Shown here in pieces: positions 47,592-57,965 of a stretch of 64,000 bases of DNA; position 1 is the stretch's first letter, and each line of letters opens with the position of its first letter. Location: contig CAYYNN010000001.1 in assembly GCA_964473175.1 (NCBI GenBank), forward strand, positions 100,603 through 164,602, written 5' to 3'. The DNA is from an uncultured Candidatus Saccharibacteria bacterium (lineage in GTDB: Bacteria; Patescibacteriota; Minisyncoccia; Phycocordibacterales; UBA9973). The notes below the pieces were generated by a model that saw only the letters and a program-made list of their open reading frames with translations, did no database searches and was not told the DNA's origin. The translations under genes and the position numbers were made by a program.

Positions 47592-48545
47592 TTACTTTCT
47601 TCCAATGACTGATTTTACAAACTCTCCAAGTGTACTGCCGACATGTTTGAGTGCTTTTACAAAGGGGTGATGATCTCCCAGATGTGGAATACTATCCGTT
47701 TCGATATACCAAATCTTGCCATATTTATCGACGATGAACTCCGACTGGGAATAATCAGTCGTGCCCAATCGTGTATGTAAATTCTTTGCGAGAGTACTCA
47801 ACTGCTCTCGTTCATCATTTCTGAATGCTCCACCAACAACCGCATGCGAATCTGTCTTTCGTTCTTCATTAGTCAGTACTCCTCGGTGAGGACTTTTGAT
47901 TTCAACAACTGGCAGCACATATTTTTCTTGCCCCCTAAAATCATCAATGACACATACCGCAGCTTCTCTTCCATAGATGTATTGCTCAACAATAAAGTTC
48001 TGCCCATTCATAACGCTTTCTTCGACAAATTGAGCGAGTTCTAGTGGCGTAAATGCAAAATACGTACTCATAGATGCTCCTCCAACAAGTGGTTTCAACA
48101 CCCATGGCGGGGACATACGTCTATAGATATTTTGCGTTATCGCGGATACTGATTCTGTACCGTCTGGCATAACAAGCACGGCATCGGGAGTTTTGATACC
48201 GAGTTCGCGAGCACAATCTTTGGCAGAAAGCTTGTTTGATGTAAGCCGAGATGCATCCACTCCTGAACCACTGTACGGGATATCAAGTTCATCGAGAAGT
48301 TCTTGAATTTTCCCATATTCGCCGACTTCTCCATGAAGCGTATTCCACACCATATCAACGTGATCTTTCATTTGTTCGAGTGTCGCAGGAATACCTTTGA
48401 TATGCAGTATACCTTCTTTGTCGACAAGCATATCTAACACCTCATAGCCTTCTTTTTGAAGTGCCTTCATAATACGCGCACCGCTTTCTAGTGAGAGAAA
48501 ATATTCATCTCCTGGTCCACCGCGAAGTATTCCAATCTTTTGCAT
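47592..48545 (-). CDS. ddl: D-alanine--D-alanine ligase
   Basis: 317 aa; N-terminal IGILRGGPGDEYFLSLESGARIMKAL and ATP-grasp motifs. Confidence 0.85.
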   Translation of the reverse strand: MQKIGILRGGPGDEYFLSLESGARIMKALQKEGYEVLDMLVDKEGILHIKGIPATLEQMKDHVDMVWNTLHGEVGEYGKIQELLDELDIPYSGSGVDASRLTSNKLSAKDCARELGIKTPDAVLVMPDGTESVSAITQNIYRRMSPPWVLKPLVGGASMSTYFAFTPLELAQFVEESVMNGQNFIVEQYIYGREAAVCVIDDFRGQEKYVLPVVEIKSPHRGVLTNEERKTDSHAVVGGAFRNDEREQLSTLAKNLHTRLGTTDYSQSEFIVDKYGKIWYIETDSIPHLGDHHPFVKALKHVGSTLGEFVKSVIGRK

Positions 48546-48551
48546 ACCGTA

Positions 48552-49799
48552 TTATAGCATTGCTTTTCGTCGTCTGTCTTTATGAAATGTAATCGCAAAG
48601 CGATGTGCTTCACTGTTTGCGAGAAGTATGGCGAACTTGTTGTCCTCGACAAGCTTTGTGGGACCATGAATCGCTTTTGCTTTGTGATGTTCGTCTTTGG
48701 TGACCGCAATGACCGGTATATCAAGCCCAAGTTCTTGTAAAACTTTTTTTGCGGCATTAGCTTGTATCGCATTACCATCCACGACGATTGCTGTCGGATA
48801 CGTCCACTCAGTGTGCGCGAGTCTGCGTACCAGCACTTCGCGAAGTGCACCTGCATCGTTTGCTGTCCTAAACCCTCTGATGATGAACTTGCGGTAGTCA
48901 TTCTTTTGCGCAGTTGCATTTTCGATGACGGTCATGACGCCCACCATTTGTGTACCCGAGAGATGCGCGATGTCATATGCTTCAAACCGGATAACGTTGT
49001 CAGTGTGTGCAGTCACCAGGTCGCGTTTGATTAATGACACATCTTGTATATGCGTAAGCGCAAATACCTTGTGTTTGAGATCATTGGCTTCTTCAAAACG
49101 TTCTTTCTTGGCAAAGATGTTCATCTCTGTGGTTAGTTCTTTGATCAAACCTTGGAGTTTGCCTTGAAAAATCTTTTTGATATGTCCAATATTTTTGCGA
49201 TAGATCTTTGTTGCTTCGGCAGTTGTCACATCTGGTGAGAGCTCGATCTGTCGATAAAATGCTTCTTTGTCTTTCATGGCACTCACGCGATCTCGGTATG
49301 GAAATATACGCCTGATGATCGCAAGTGCTTCGCGCAATGATGCACTACTTGGGTACGGACCAAACACTGCATCGTATTTCACCTTGATTCCTTTTTGTTT
49401 GGGTAGCGTGAGAAGTGTCTCGGCAACGATAACGTCCTTCTGACGAGCAAGAAGTATGCGCGGGAAGTCTTCACGAGTAATCACAACGCAGTTGAAACTC
49501 TTGTCATCTTTTTCTTTGGTATTGTAGTACGGCTGGTTTTTCTTGATGAGGTTGGCTTCGAGGATCAATGCTTCGAGTACACTTGGTGTTTCTTGCCATG
49601 TCACTACCGATGATTTGAACACCATATCGACGATATGTGCGCCCCGTGTCTTGATGAGGTCGGGTGCAAAATATGAACGTGTACGATCGCGCAGATTGGT
49701 CGCCTTGCCGATATACAAGATTTTGCCAGCACTATCACGCCAAAAATACACCCCTGGTGTCTGTGGCAATGCGAGATTGTCTAAATCTTGACGAATCAT
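48552..49799 (-). CDS. uvrC: excinuclease ABC subunit C (short form)
   Basis: 415 aa; N-terminal GIY-YIG (PGVYFWRDSAGKILYIGKATNLRDRTRSYF) and an RNase H-like endonuclease domain (…EAYDIAHLSGTQMVGVMTV…). The C-terminal (HhH)2 region is absent. Confidence 0.8.
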   Translation of the reverse strand: MIRQDLDNLALPQTPGVYFWRDSAGKILYIGKATNLRDRTRSYFAPDLIKTRGAHIVDMVFKSSVVTWQETPSVLEALILEANLIKKNQPYYNTKEKDDKSFNCVVITREDFPRILLARQKDVIVAETLLTLPKQKGIKVKYDAVFGPYPSSASLREALAIIRRIFPYRDRVSAMKDKEAFYRQIELSPDVTTAEATKIYRKNIGHIKKIFQGKLQGLIKELTTEMNIFAKKERFEEANDLKHKVFALTHIQDVSLIKRDLVTAHTDNVIRFEAYDIAHLSGTQMVGVMTVIENATAQKNDYRKFIIRGFRTANDAGALREVLVRRLAHTEWTYPTAIVVDGNAIQANAAKKVLQELGLDIPVIAVTKDEHHKAKAIHGPTKLVEDNKFAILLANSEAHRFAITFHKDRRRKAML

Positions 49800-49833
49800 A
49801 AATATACGGTAGTATATCAGAAAACTACGTTTT

Positions 49834-50058
49834 ATGAAAAAAATAATTTTTGCTTTTTTCTTACTTCTTTTTTTAGGACTTACAATTTTAAAAATTCGCT
49901 GGTATTACGCACTCCCCATAGTATTCATTACTTCTATTGGGTTGCATCGATGGACAACACTTACATCATTGAACTATATCGGAATATCATGTGGTGTAAC
50001 GTATTGTATATTCTTTATATACGGAATTATTATATTCATTCCTGAAATAAAGAAATAA
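49834..50058 (+). CDS. hypothetical small membrane protein
   Basis: 74 aa; two hydrophobic helices. The 3' end runs into a tandem octamer repeat (gaaataaa, about 3.5 copies, 50044-50071). Confidence 0.3.
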   Translation: MKKIIFAFFLLLFLGLTILKIRWYYALPIVFITSIGLHRWTTLTSLNYIGISCGVTYCIFFIYGIIIFIPEIKK

Positions 50059-50080
50059 AGAAATAAAGAAATACCATAGT

Positions 50081-50116
50081 AATAACCTTTCACTTTAACA
50101 TGAAAGGTTATTTTTT
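50081..50116 (+). terminator. bidirectional rho-independent terminator (12-bp stem aataacctttca/tgaaaggttatt with a T-run)
   Basis: A perfect 12-bp inverted repeat with an 8-nt loop, followed by tttttt on the + strand. It overlaps the stop codon of the minus-strand nth-like gene. Confidence 0.55.
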
Positions 50117-50755
50117 AAGTACCTGCATCAACGGATCTATCTCCTCTTTATATCCTCTCGCCTTCCCTTCCTTTCTGCCATATTCTTTGATCGCGTAGCC
50201 GGCACGTTTCCAGTCTTTTTGAGGAATGATTTGCAGGAGGTCTTGTTCAATTTTTGATGGGTCAGTTACTCGCGTGAGTTTAAATCTTTTTACAAACCGT
50301 ATCACGTGCGTATCAACCGGTATACCAATGTTGGCATATTTGGGATATGCATTTGAGATCACTGCAATAGACCCCTTTCGGCCGATGCCGGGGAGTTTTT
50401 GCAACTCTTCAGGAACATGCGGTATGACACCCTTGAATTCTGATACAACAATAGCAGCTGCTGCCTTTATATATTTTGCTTTAGATCGATAAAATCCGAG
50501 ACTTCCGATAATTTTCTCTATCTTTTCTAATGGTGCTTTTGCGAGAGATTCTGGTGTTGGGAATGTTTTGAAAAGGAGTGGTGTAACTTTGTTTACTCCA
50601 TCATCAGTTGTCTGTGCAGAGAGCGTCACCGCAACGGTCAGTTGCCATGGGTTTGTGTAGTCGAGGAATGTTGGATCACGACGATACTGCGTAAGTAATG
50701 TTGGACCAATCTTGTGCCAAATAGCTTTTGCTTTGGTGAGATGTTGACTAATCAT
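50108..50755 (-). CDS. HhH-GPD DNA glycosylase (endonuclease III-like, lacking the [4Fe-4S] cluster loop)
   Basis: About 215 aa from MISQHLTKAKAI…; helix-hairpin-helix GPD motif LPGIGRKGSIAVISNAY…VDTHVIRF. There is no C-terminal C-x6-C-x2-C-x5-C cluster. Confidence 0.7.
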   Translation of the reverse strand: MISQHLTKAKAIWHKIGPTLLTQYRRDPTFLDYTNPWQLTVAVTLSAQTTDDGVNKVTPLLFKTFPTPESLAKAPLEKIEKIIGSLGFYRSKAKYIKAAAAIVVSEFKGVIPHVPEELQKLPGIGRKGSIAVISNAYPKYANIGIPVDTHVIRFVKRFKLTRVTDPSKIEQDLLQIIPQKDWKRAGYAIKEYGRKEGKARGYKEEIDPLMQVLKK

Positions 50756-50763
50756 AAAATAAT

Positions 50764-50982
50764 GTGTATTATACATTAAAACCATCAATTATGAAAAAAG
50801 CATCTTTCATCCTAATGATGTTCGGATACGGCATCGTTACCAATGGTGCATCCAAAAATGCACATTACATTAACACATACAGTTTTAAGAAAATACCGCT
50901 TCCTATTACGCTGTATTTTAAAACACCCACTGGTACTGTTGTTCAGACAACATTCAGCGCCAAAGAAATTGTGCAGTTGTAA
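50764..50982 (+). CDS. hypothetical small protein (possible signal peptide from MKKASFILMMFGYG…)
   Basis: 72 aa ORF; low-complexity sequence. Followed by an 11-bp-stem hairpin (atcccccatca/tgatgggggat) at 51008-51032. Confidence 0.25.
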   Translation: MYYTLKPSIMKKASFILMMFGYGIVTNGASKNAHYINTYSFKKIPLPITLYFKTPTGTVVQTTFSAKEIVQL

Positions 50983-51103
50983 TACCTATACACCCTGATC
51001 CCCCATCATTTGATGGGGGATTTCATTACCGGCAAAATATTGACATTTTTTAAATTATAAGTACTATATAAGAAAAATTCGTAAATCTTTAAAAAAAATA
51101 CTT

Positions 51104-52117
51104 ATGGAAGACGTAAAAATCGTACTGTTCATTTACTGCGACAACCCCGAATTAAAAGAAACAATTGTGAAAAAAATGTCACAAAAAGTACCGACATTAC
51201 ATATCACGACTGAATACATCCCTGATGATTTCGATACCGAAGACACCATCAAACGGATTGCGGAACTTCCTGACAACGATCGAATAGGTAAGATAAATTC
51301 TTCGTATCAACGAGCATTTACCAATACCGGTGTAAAGGAAAAGAAACAACTCTTTATCATTGATCTGGAAAATATCCCAGTAGAACGCATCCCCAAAATC
51401 TCTTTTTCGGCTCAGTATTCTAACTGCCGCTTGATTACAATGTACATTACCGAAATATCCTATCGCGATGGCAAACAATTCATCTTTTTAAAAAGCCCTG
51501 AGTTTGCATTATTTGCGAAATTTTTTCAGGCAAGCACCGATAATGCAACGATTATTGATTCGACTGAAAAGGTGGACCGCCACAAAGGCATCGTTAAAGC
51601 ATGGAATGATTCGTATTCAGAGCTTATCCTTGTTGACCTTTCTGCTGTTTCAGAAAGTGAGCGCACCATGTATGAAGAATTTGCACCGTCATTTGACTTC
51701 AGTGTGCTTAAAATCCAGACGGGTACCGCAAACGTTAAGGATCCGACAATGGATATGGACGGGAAACCGTTTAATACTAAGTCAGTTACAAAGCAACGCA
51801 CAGCCGACAAACACACAGTGGTATCCAAAAATGATACACCTGACGATCTTGTTAAAAAAGAAGTTTCTGAAGTAACACTCACAGAGTTCTGGAAGAAATC
51901 AACGTTGAGGAAATTATTACTAACCATTACATCAAAATTTAATAACAAAACAATCGTTTCTTCCGACAAGGATACTGTGCCTACAGTTAAAAAAGATAAG
52001 TATGTTAGAAGTCAGGAAGATATTGAAACTGCAGCTCAACACATTAAAAATTTGATAGCAGAAAGTTCTTTATCTGCCACAGCTCCAACAGAGGTATCAC
52101 AAGAAATACAGCACTAG
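51104..52117 (+). CDS. hypothetical protein (orphan)
   Basis: 337 aa; no recognisable motif. The N-terminal ~200 aa look globular and the C-terminal third is Lys/Thr/Ser-rich. Preceded by ttgaca at 51044-51049 and followed by a strong terminator. Confidence 0.5.
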   Translation: MEDVKIVLFIYCDNPELKETIVKKMSQKVPTLHITTEYIPDDFDTEDTIKRIAELPDNDRIGKINSSYQRAFTNTGVKEKKQLFIIDLENIPVERIPKISFSAQYSNCRLITMYITEISYRDGKQFIFLKSPEFALFAKFFQASTDNATIIDSTEKVDRHKGIVKAWNDSYSELILVDLSAVSESERTMYEEFAPSFDFSVLKIQTGTANVKDPTMDMDGKPFNTKSVTKQRTADKHTVVSKNDTPDDLVKKEVSEVTLTEFWKKSTLRKLLLTITSKFNNKTIVSSDKDTVPTVKKDKYVRSQEDIETAAQHIKNLIAESSLSATAPTEVSQEIQH

Positions 52118-52121
52118 GTTT

Positions 52122-52153
52122 AAGGCCGCAACACATATTGCGGCCTTTTTTTA
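52122..52153 (+). terminator. bidirectional rho-independent terminator (aggccgcaa-cacata-ttgcggcct-ttttttt)
   Basis: A 9-bp GC-rich stem, a 6-nt loop and a T7 run, between the convergent genes 51104..52117 (+) and uvrA (-). Confidence 0.6.
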
Positions 52154-52162
52154 TTTACTGCT

Positions 52163-54796
52163 TTACAATATCTTCTTGAGGTACTCCCCAGTAAACGATT
52201 TCTTATTATTTGCTACGTCCTCAGGTGTTCCTTTCGCAACGATATGACCTCCGTTAACACCTCCTTCTGGACCAAAGTCGATAATATAATCGGCGCATTT
52301 GATAAGGTCGAGGTTGTGTTCAATCACGACCACCGTGTTCCCTTTTGCCACAAGTCTGTTCAAGACACCGACGAGATTTTTCACATCATCATAGTGTAGT
52401 CCAACGGTTGGTTCGTCCAACAAATAAATCGTTTTTTCAAGAAATGGACGATAGAGTTCTGACGCTATTTTGACGCGCTGCGCTTCTCCACCAGAAAGTG
52501 TGGTCGCAGATTGCCCTAGTTTGACATAGCCAAGTCCAACATCGTTGAGTGTGTTGAGACGATCAGAGACCGCAGGAATATCTTGGAAAAATTCAAGCGC
52601 TTCTTCGACTGACAACTGCAATACATCATAGATACTCTTGCGCTTGTATTTCACAGTGAGCGTTTCTTTGTCAAAGCGTTTGCCGTTACACACATCACAG
52701 GTCACATAGACTGTTGGCAAGAAGTGCATTTCGACTGCAATCTCACCGTTACCTTCACATGCTTCACATCGCCCGCCTTTGACGTTAAATGAAAAGCGAT
52801 TGAGCTTCCACCCACGCAAGCGCGCTTCTTCGGTGGCAGCAAATATCTCGCGGATATGAGTAAATGCCCCAGTATACGTGGCGATGTTACTTCTCGGCGT
52901 ACGCCCGATGGGAGATTGGTCAATCATGATAGCGCGCGCCAAATATTCGCTACCTGTAAATGAAGCAGCATTATACACTTGGGCACTACGTAACTTGCGG
53001 TCAAACCGAGCTTGTAAGTTTTTGTACAAAATGTCATAGAGGAACGTACTCTTGCCTGACCCTGACACTCCCGTGATGGCAACCATACGGCCAAGTGGCA
53101 AATCAATATTTTGGTTATGCAAATTGTGCAGGTTTGCACCGACGACCTTGATCATTCCTTTGTCAGTGTCGCGACGCTTTTCTGGTATTTCTATAGATTC
53201 ATCCTTACGCAAGTATGCAAGCGTCCGAGAACCGCTATCGTTTTTCTTGGCATTAAGCAGTGTCTGTAGTTTGTCCGCAACGATAACGTTGCCGCCATGT
53301 ATGCCGGCCTTGGGTCCGATCTCCACCATATAGTCTGAAGCAAGGATAGTGTCTTCATCATGTTCAACAACGATGATGGTGTTGCCCAGATCACGAAGGT
53401 CTTCGAGTGTCTTGATCAAGCGTTCATTGTCGCGTTGATGGAGTCCAATGGTTGGTTCGTCCAATACATAGAGTGCACCGACGAGACGTGATCCCAGCTG
53501 TGACGCAAGTCGTATACGCTGCGCTTCTCCACCAGAAAGTGTGTTGGCGGTTCGAGCAAGTGCGAGATATTCAAGTCCGACATTGAGTAGGAACGTGAGA
53601 CGGTCTTCTATTTCTTTCAAAATAACTTTTCCGATTTCACGGTCTTTGACCGAAAGCTTCAGTCCTGCAAAAAATTCAAACGCTTGTTCCACAGAGAACG
53701 ATGTCAGGTCGACAATATTGGTTTTTGATTTCGGAGACTCCAAGAAAACACTCAATGCTTCAGAGCGAAGTCGCTTACCTTCACATACCGGACATGGTTC
53801 AGTGCCCCCAAAGAATTTGGATCCGATACCGTTACACTCCGGACATGCCCCGTATGGTGAGTTAAAAGAAAACAAACGCGGCTCTATTTCAGGGAAACTG
53901 TATCCATCATTTGGACATGAAAACTTCGATGATAACAAGAACTCCTGAAGTGGTTCTGTCTCTACTTCAAAATCAGCAGATGTACCAATCACTACTTGTA
54001 CGAGACCATCAGCTTCGAGCAGTGCGCGTTCAACGCCTTCAAAAAGGCGAAGCTCCGCATCGCGAGGATTATCTTTGAATTCATGTACAGCAAGTTCATC
54101 CACCAATACTTCAATGGTATGTTTGTCATTTTTCTTGAGTTCGATACGTTCACGAAGTTGCTTGATAACACCATCAACACGTATGGTTGAAAATCCTTTC
54201 CCGAGCAAATCATAGAGCAACTGATAGTATTCTCCTTTTCGTCCACGAACAATCGGTGCGTATAGTTGTATACGAGTATCATTGAACCCGACATCCATCA
54301 CCTTGCGTGTATCTTTTTTGGACACTTCTTTTATCTTGGCAAGAATAAACGTATTAATCTCTTCAGGAGAAAGCTTGGTGATGAGTGTGCCACACACCGG
54401 ACAATACGCCTTACCGATACGTGCGTAGAGTACACGCAAGTAGTCATAGATTTCAGTGATGGTTGCTACCGTCGAACGAGGGTTGTTGGAACGAGATTTT
54501 TGGTCAATGGATATTGCCGGCGACAGGCCAGTGATCTCGTCGACATCAGGCTTGGGCATTTGGTTCAAGAACTGTCTCGCATAACTCGATAGACTTTCGA
54601 CATAGCGGCGTTGACCCTCGGCAAATATCGTATCAAATGCGAGTGAACTTTTGCCCGATCCTGATAGTCCAGTGATTGCAGTCATCTTGCCACGAGGAAT
54701 TTCCACATCAATGTTCTTGAGGTTATGAGTTCTCGCGCCACGGACAATGATGTGTCCTTCATCTCTCTTTTCTATCTTGTCTGTTTTTTTATTCAT
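52163..54796 (-). CDS. uvrA: excinuclease ABC subunit A
   Basis: 877 aa from [54 protein letters not shown]…; two ABC ATPase modules, Zn-finger Cys pairs and LSGGE signatures. Confidence 0.9.
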   Translation of the reverse strand: MNKKTDKIEKRDEGHIIVRGARTHNLKNIDVEIPRGKMTAITGLSGSGKSSLAFDTIFAEGQRRYVESLSSYARQFLNQMPKPDVDEITGLSPAISIDQKSRSNNPRSTVATITEIYDYLRVLYARIGKAYCPVCGTLITKLSPEEINTFILAKIKEVSKKDTRKVMDVGFNDTRIQLYAPIVRGRKGEYYQLLYDLLGKGFSTIRVDGVIKQLRERIELKKNDKHTIEVLVDELAVHEFKDNPRDAELRLFEGVERALLEADGLVQVVIGTSADFEVETEPLQEFLLSSKFSCPNDGYSFPEIEPRLFSFNSPYGACPECNGIGSKFFGGTEPCPVCEGKRLRSEALSVFLESPKSKTNIVDLTSFSVEQAFEFFAGLKLSVKDREIGKVILKEIEDRLTFLLNVGLEYLALARTANTLSGGEAQRIRLASQLGSRLVGALYVLDEPTIGLHQRDNERLIKTLEDLRDLGNTIIVVEHDEDTILASDYMVEIGPKAGIHGGNVIVADKLQTLLNAKKNDSGSRTLAYLRKDESIEIPEKRRDTDKGMIKVVGANLHNLHNQNIDLPLGRMVAITGVSGSGKSTFLYDILYKNLQARFDRKLRSAQVYNAASFTGSEYLARAIMIDQSPIGRTPRSNIATYTGAFTHIREIFAATEEARLRGWKLNRFSFNVKGGRCEACEGNGEIAVEMHFLPTVYVTCDVCNGKRFDKETLTVKYKRKSIYDVLQLSVEEALEFFQDIPAVSDRLNTLNDVGLGYVKLGQSATTLSGGEAQRVKIASELYRPFLEKTIYLLDEPTVGLHYDDVKNLVGVLNRLVAKGNTVVVIEHNLDLIKCADYIIDFGPEGGVNGGHIVAKGTPEDVANNKKSFTGEYLKKIL

Positions 54797-54852
54797 ACGC
54801 GTAAATCCCCTCGCAATGGCGTATAGGGGTATGTGAAGCCATTTTAGCACAG

Positions 54853-55365
54853 TTGGCTCGTCCTTCAAAGATATCTCTTTTCACGTCTCTCTTGCTATAC
54901 TCTATAGGTATGGAAATCTCAAAAACAGATACTTCGATTATTCACTTCTTTAGACGCATATCTCTCCCTGTCGGTCGCATATCACTTTTCATTGTGTTCT
55001 TTTGGTTCGGACTTTTGAAAGTGCTCGGTCTCTCTCCTGCTAGTTCACTGGTACACCAACTCTTTGATCAGACACTCTCTGGTATTGTTGCGTTCAATGC
55101 ATTTTATGTCGGATTTGCAGTATTCGAATGCGTGATCGGCATGTTGTTTCTCGTACGAGGACTTGAACGTATTGTGATACCGTTATTGTTCTTGCATATG
55201 ATCACGACATTTCTACCGCTCGTAATGCTTCCTCACGAAACATTCTCATCGCCATTTGTTCCTACCCTCGTCGGTCAGTACATTATCAAAAACCTCGTCA
55301 TCATTGCCACAGCAATTGGTATTGCCGCACATATACATCCCTTGCCACGAAAAGTTTCTAACTAG
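54853..55365 (+). CDS. hypothetical 4-TM membrane protein (DoxX/DUF417-like)
   Basis: 170 aa (alternative ATG at 54910, MEISKTD…); four hydrophobic helices including …LFIVFFWFGLLKVLG…. Confidence 0.4.
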   Translation: MARPSKISLFTSLLLYSIGMEISKTDTSIIHFFRRISLPVGRISLFIVFFWFGLLKVLGLSPASSLVHQLFDQTLSGIVAFNAFYVGFAVFECVIGMLFLVRGLERIVIPLLFLHMITTFLPLVMLPHETFSSPFVPTLVGQYIIKNLVIIATAIGIAAHIHPLPRKVSN

Positions 55366-55366
55366 A

Positions 55367-55765
55367 TTATTCAGTCGTTACTCCATCAAACTCTTCGTCT
55401 TGATCCAAAGCATCTTGTTTTGTTGCTCGTACGATACCATCTTTGTGATGCGCCGGAGAATAAATCGTATACATCTTTAGTGCATCAGTTCCTGTATTGA
55501 TCACATTGTGTGCTGCTCCAGCGGGGACAATGACCGCATCGCCATCACTAACAACATATGCTGTTTCATTGATCACTACCGTACCTGTTCCCGCCTCAAA
55601 TCGGAAAAATTGGTCATTCTCAGGATGTGTCTCAAGCCCTATGTCTTCTCCTGCGACGAGCGTCATCAGCACCAGCTGTGAGTGTGCTCCTGTATAGAGT
55701 ACTTTACGAAAGTTTGTATTAGTAACTGTTTCTTGTTCTATGTTTGTGTGGAATCTTTTTTTCAT
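55367..55765 (-). CDS. cupin-domain protein
   Basis: 132 aa; cupin_2-like core …LVAGEDIGLETHPENDQFFRFEAGTGTVVINETAYVVSDGDAVIVPAGAAHNVINTG…. Confidence 0.7.
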   Translation of the reverse strand: MKKRFHTNIEQETVTNTNFRKVLYTGAHSQLVLMTLVAGEDIGLETHPENDQFFRFEAGTGTVVINETAYVVSDGDAVIVPAGAAHNVINTGTDALKMYTIYSPAHHKDGIVRATKQDALDQDEEFDGVTTE

Positions 55766-55853
55766 AAATCAAAGTATACACTATATCCTGCACCATACCG
55801 GTGGGAGATTTTATTTATTTAAAATGGATTCACGATATCGCTACTGCACTTCG

Positions 55854-55881
55854 TTGACATTTCTTTATTTTGTCCTATACT
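55854..55881 (+). promoter_or_regulatory. near-consensus sigma-70 promoter ttgaca-N16-tatact driving 55893 (+); leaderless or with a very short leader
   Basis: ttgaca at 55854-55859 and tatact at 55876-55881, with the ATG at 55893 about 5 nt after the predicted +1. Confidence 0.4.
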
Positions 55882-55892
55882 AAATAAAACTC

Positions 55893-56213
55893 ATGTATAT
55901 GAAAAAACTCCATGCTATTACTCGCTGTATGAGTGCATTTTTCAAAAGCTGTTCTTCCTTATTTTATGGTATCACGCACGGTCGAATATTATTTGTATCC
56001 GAAGAAGTAAACAAAATATTCGTATGCGAATCATCTGCAGAAGGTTTTGCATTCCTCTATCGGGAAGATGATATCCATAAAATAACCCTTGAGTACCTAC
56101 TCCCCGAAGAAGAACAACAACTAGAAAAAGGCTCTTCCTATCTACTCAAAGAACCTCAACCCGGAAAGTTTGTCCTTATAAAACAAACGCCCGTGGTAAA
56201 AATGGTTGCCTAG
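55893..56213 (+). CDS. hypothetical protein
   Basis: 106 aa; no recognisable motif. Its own promoter and terminator flank it. Confidence 0.4.
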   Translation: MYMKKLHAITRCMSAFFKSCSSLFYGITHGRILFVSEEVNKIFVCESSAEGFAFLYREDDIHKITLEYLLPEEEQQLEKGSSYLLKEPQPGKFVLIKQTPVVKMVA

Positions 56214-56221
56214 CAACCACG

Positions 56222-56258
56222 GAGCCTCTATATATCATATGTAGAGGCTCTTTTATTT
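56222..56258 (+). terminator. bidirectional rho-independent terminator (gagcctcta…tagaggctc + tttt)
   Basis: A 9-bp stem with a 9-11-nt loop and a T-run, between 55893..56213 (+) and the MFS gene (-). Confidence 0.55.
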
Positions 56259-56259
56259 A

Positions 56260-57534
56260 TTATGCGTGCTTGGACTTTTTGACGAGTGCGATAAATACAA
56301 TTCCTGATATCACAATAAGTATTGCCGAGACTATGATCGGTGCGCTAAACACGGTAGAGGCTGCAAGATATCCGGCAAGTATCGGTGGTATCGATTGCGC
56401 CAATGCTTGCACTGATGCATTGATACCCAATATCTCGCCTTGTTTGTCAGGTCCTGCAGAACGACTGATGAGACCATTGAGGTTGGCCATGACAAGGCCG
56501 TTTGCAATAGCAAAGAACGGCACGATGACATAGAGCCATCCGACTTTGTGTGGCACTACTTGGAGTAAGATAAAGACACCAGTAGCAGCAAGCGCAACCC
56601 GTAGTATCGATATCTCTCCAAAACGTTTGCCTATCGCGCGCGTTACGAGTGCCTGCGCGATCGCAATCCAAATACCAACATAGGCAAAGTAGTTGCCGAC
56701 ACCTCCCGTACTAAACTCAAACTTCTGAACCAGAAACACCGCAAAGAATGTCGTAAAGAATGTAAAGCCAGATATAAACAGAAACGATGTGGTAAACAGT
56801 CCGCGAAGTTTGGGGATGCGAAATGCTTTGCCGATGTTTTGGATCGAGCGAGTAATATGAAATACGACATGGCGCTTTTGCAGGTTGGTCTCAGGCAATG
56901 TCCACCATACGAGTCCAGCGTTCACGAGTGCAAGGATAGCCGCAAACCAAAACGGTGTTGCAGCACCAAATGCATGATATACATTCGGATCTGCGAGCTT
57001 GCCGCCGATGAACGGCCCGAGGATGAACCCAATACCAAACACTGCCCCCATTAGCCCAAAGGTCTTTGCACGATCTGCCGGTGCAGTGATGTCAGCAAGG
57101 GTAGCTTGTGCCACCGCAATGTTACCACCAGTGACGCCATCAAATGCTCTCGCAATAAAAAGGAGTGGTAAGTTGTGCGTGATGATACCAACAGCAAAGA
57201 GTACATACGATATACTCGTCCCCAGGAGCGATATCGCAAGCACTGGCTTGCGCCCAAACCTGTCAGAGAGCTCACCGAGAATAGGTGTAGCAATGAACTG
57301 CATGAGTGGAAATATCGCCGTGAGGAATCCGAGCAATATATACCCCTGTTGTACCGTCCATCCGACTGGCAAGAGATACGCCGGCGACATCGGGTTCGTC
57401 AGGAGCTGTGGAATGACAGGTATGAGGATACCGATACCGAGCATGTCGATGAGGATCGTAAAGAGTACCGCGCGGAGGACTGAGCTTTTTTTGGACACGG
57501 GAGAGAGTATAGCAAAATACACATACGTATGCAT
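56260..57534 (-). CDS. MFS transporter (drug:H+ antiporter-like)
   Basis: 424 aa; 12 TM helices and the MFS motif …GELSDRFGRKPVLAISLLG…; visibly more GC-rich than its neighbours. Confidence 0.8.
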   Translation of the reverse strand: MHTYVYFAILSPVSKKSSVLRAVLFTILIDMLGIGILIPVIPQLLTNPMSPAYLLPVGWTVQQGYILLGFLTAIFPLMQFIATPILGELSDRFGRKPVLAISLLGTSISYVLFAVGIITHNLPLLFIARAFDGVTGGNIAVAQATLADITAPADRAKTFGLMGAVFGIGFILGPFIGGKLADPNVYHAFGAATPFWFAAILALVNAGLVWWTLPETNLQKRHVVFHITRSIQNIGKAFRIPKLRGLFTTSFLFISGFTFFTTFFAVFLVQKFEFSTGGVGNYFAYVGIWIAIAQALVTRAIGKRFGEISILRVALAATGVFILLQVVPHKVGWLYVIVPFFAIANGLVMANLNGLISRSAGPDKQGEILGINASVQALAQSIPPILAGYLAASTVFSAPIIVSAILIVISGIVFIALVKKSKHA

Positions 57535-57571
57535 GTATACCCTACTATCAATGGCGCACTATGTATGTAGA

Positions 57572-57754
57572 TTAATAATCAGTGTATCGTTCGGGATCCT
57601 TTTTATTTAGCTCATCCCATACATCATCCGGAAGCTCTTCCGAAATTGATTTGGGTCGTGCCACTACGTCTTGCGGCTGATCGGGTTCAATCACTGGGTG
57701 GTCAGGGCCAAATAATTCTCCTTGTGACATTTGTTCCATATACAAAGTATACAC
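57572..57754 (-). CDS. hypothetical small acidic protein
   Basis: 60 aa; Asp/Glu/Pro-rich. The start abuts the DUF167 stop. Confidence 0.25.
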   Translation of the reverse strand: MYTLYMEQMSQGELFGPDHPVIEPDQPQDVVARPKSISEELPDDVWDELNKKDPERYTDY

Positions 57755-57964
57755 CTATCCAATCCGAAACACCTTGTGCGTCCGCACCCCACCAGTCACC
57801 ATTCGCGCACTTGTACCAAAATGCTTCGCGAGAAGATAGCTCACAACTTTGTTGGCATGCCCATTCTGCGCACTCGCCCGCACGTATACCTCGTACGCAT
57901 CAGGCGCTTTTTCTACAATGCGATCTTCGTGACTATCGGGATAGACGGTGACTTTGATGAGCAT
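57755..57964 (-). CDS. DUF167 (YggU/UPF0235) family protein
   Basis: About 69 aa from MLIKVTVYPDSHEDRIV…; matches the YggU pattern (…IKV.V.P.S…A.…G.AN..L…LAK.FG…V.G). Confidence 0.55.
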   Translation of the reverse strand: MLIKVTVYPDSHEDRIVEKAPDAYEVYVRASAQNGHANKVVSYLLAKHFGTSARMVTGGVRTHKVFRIG

Positions 57965-57965
57965 G

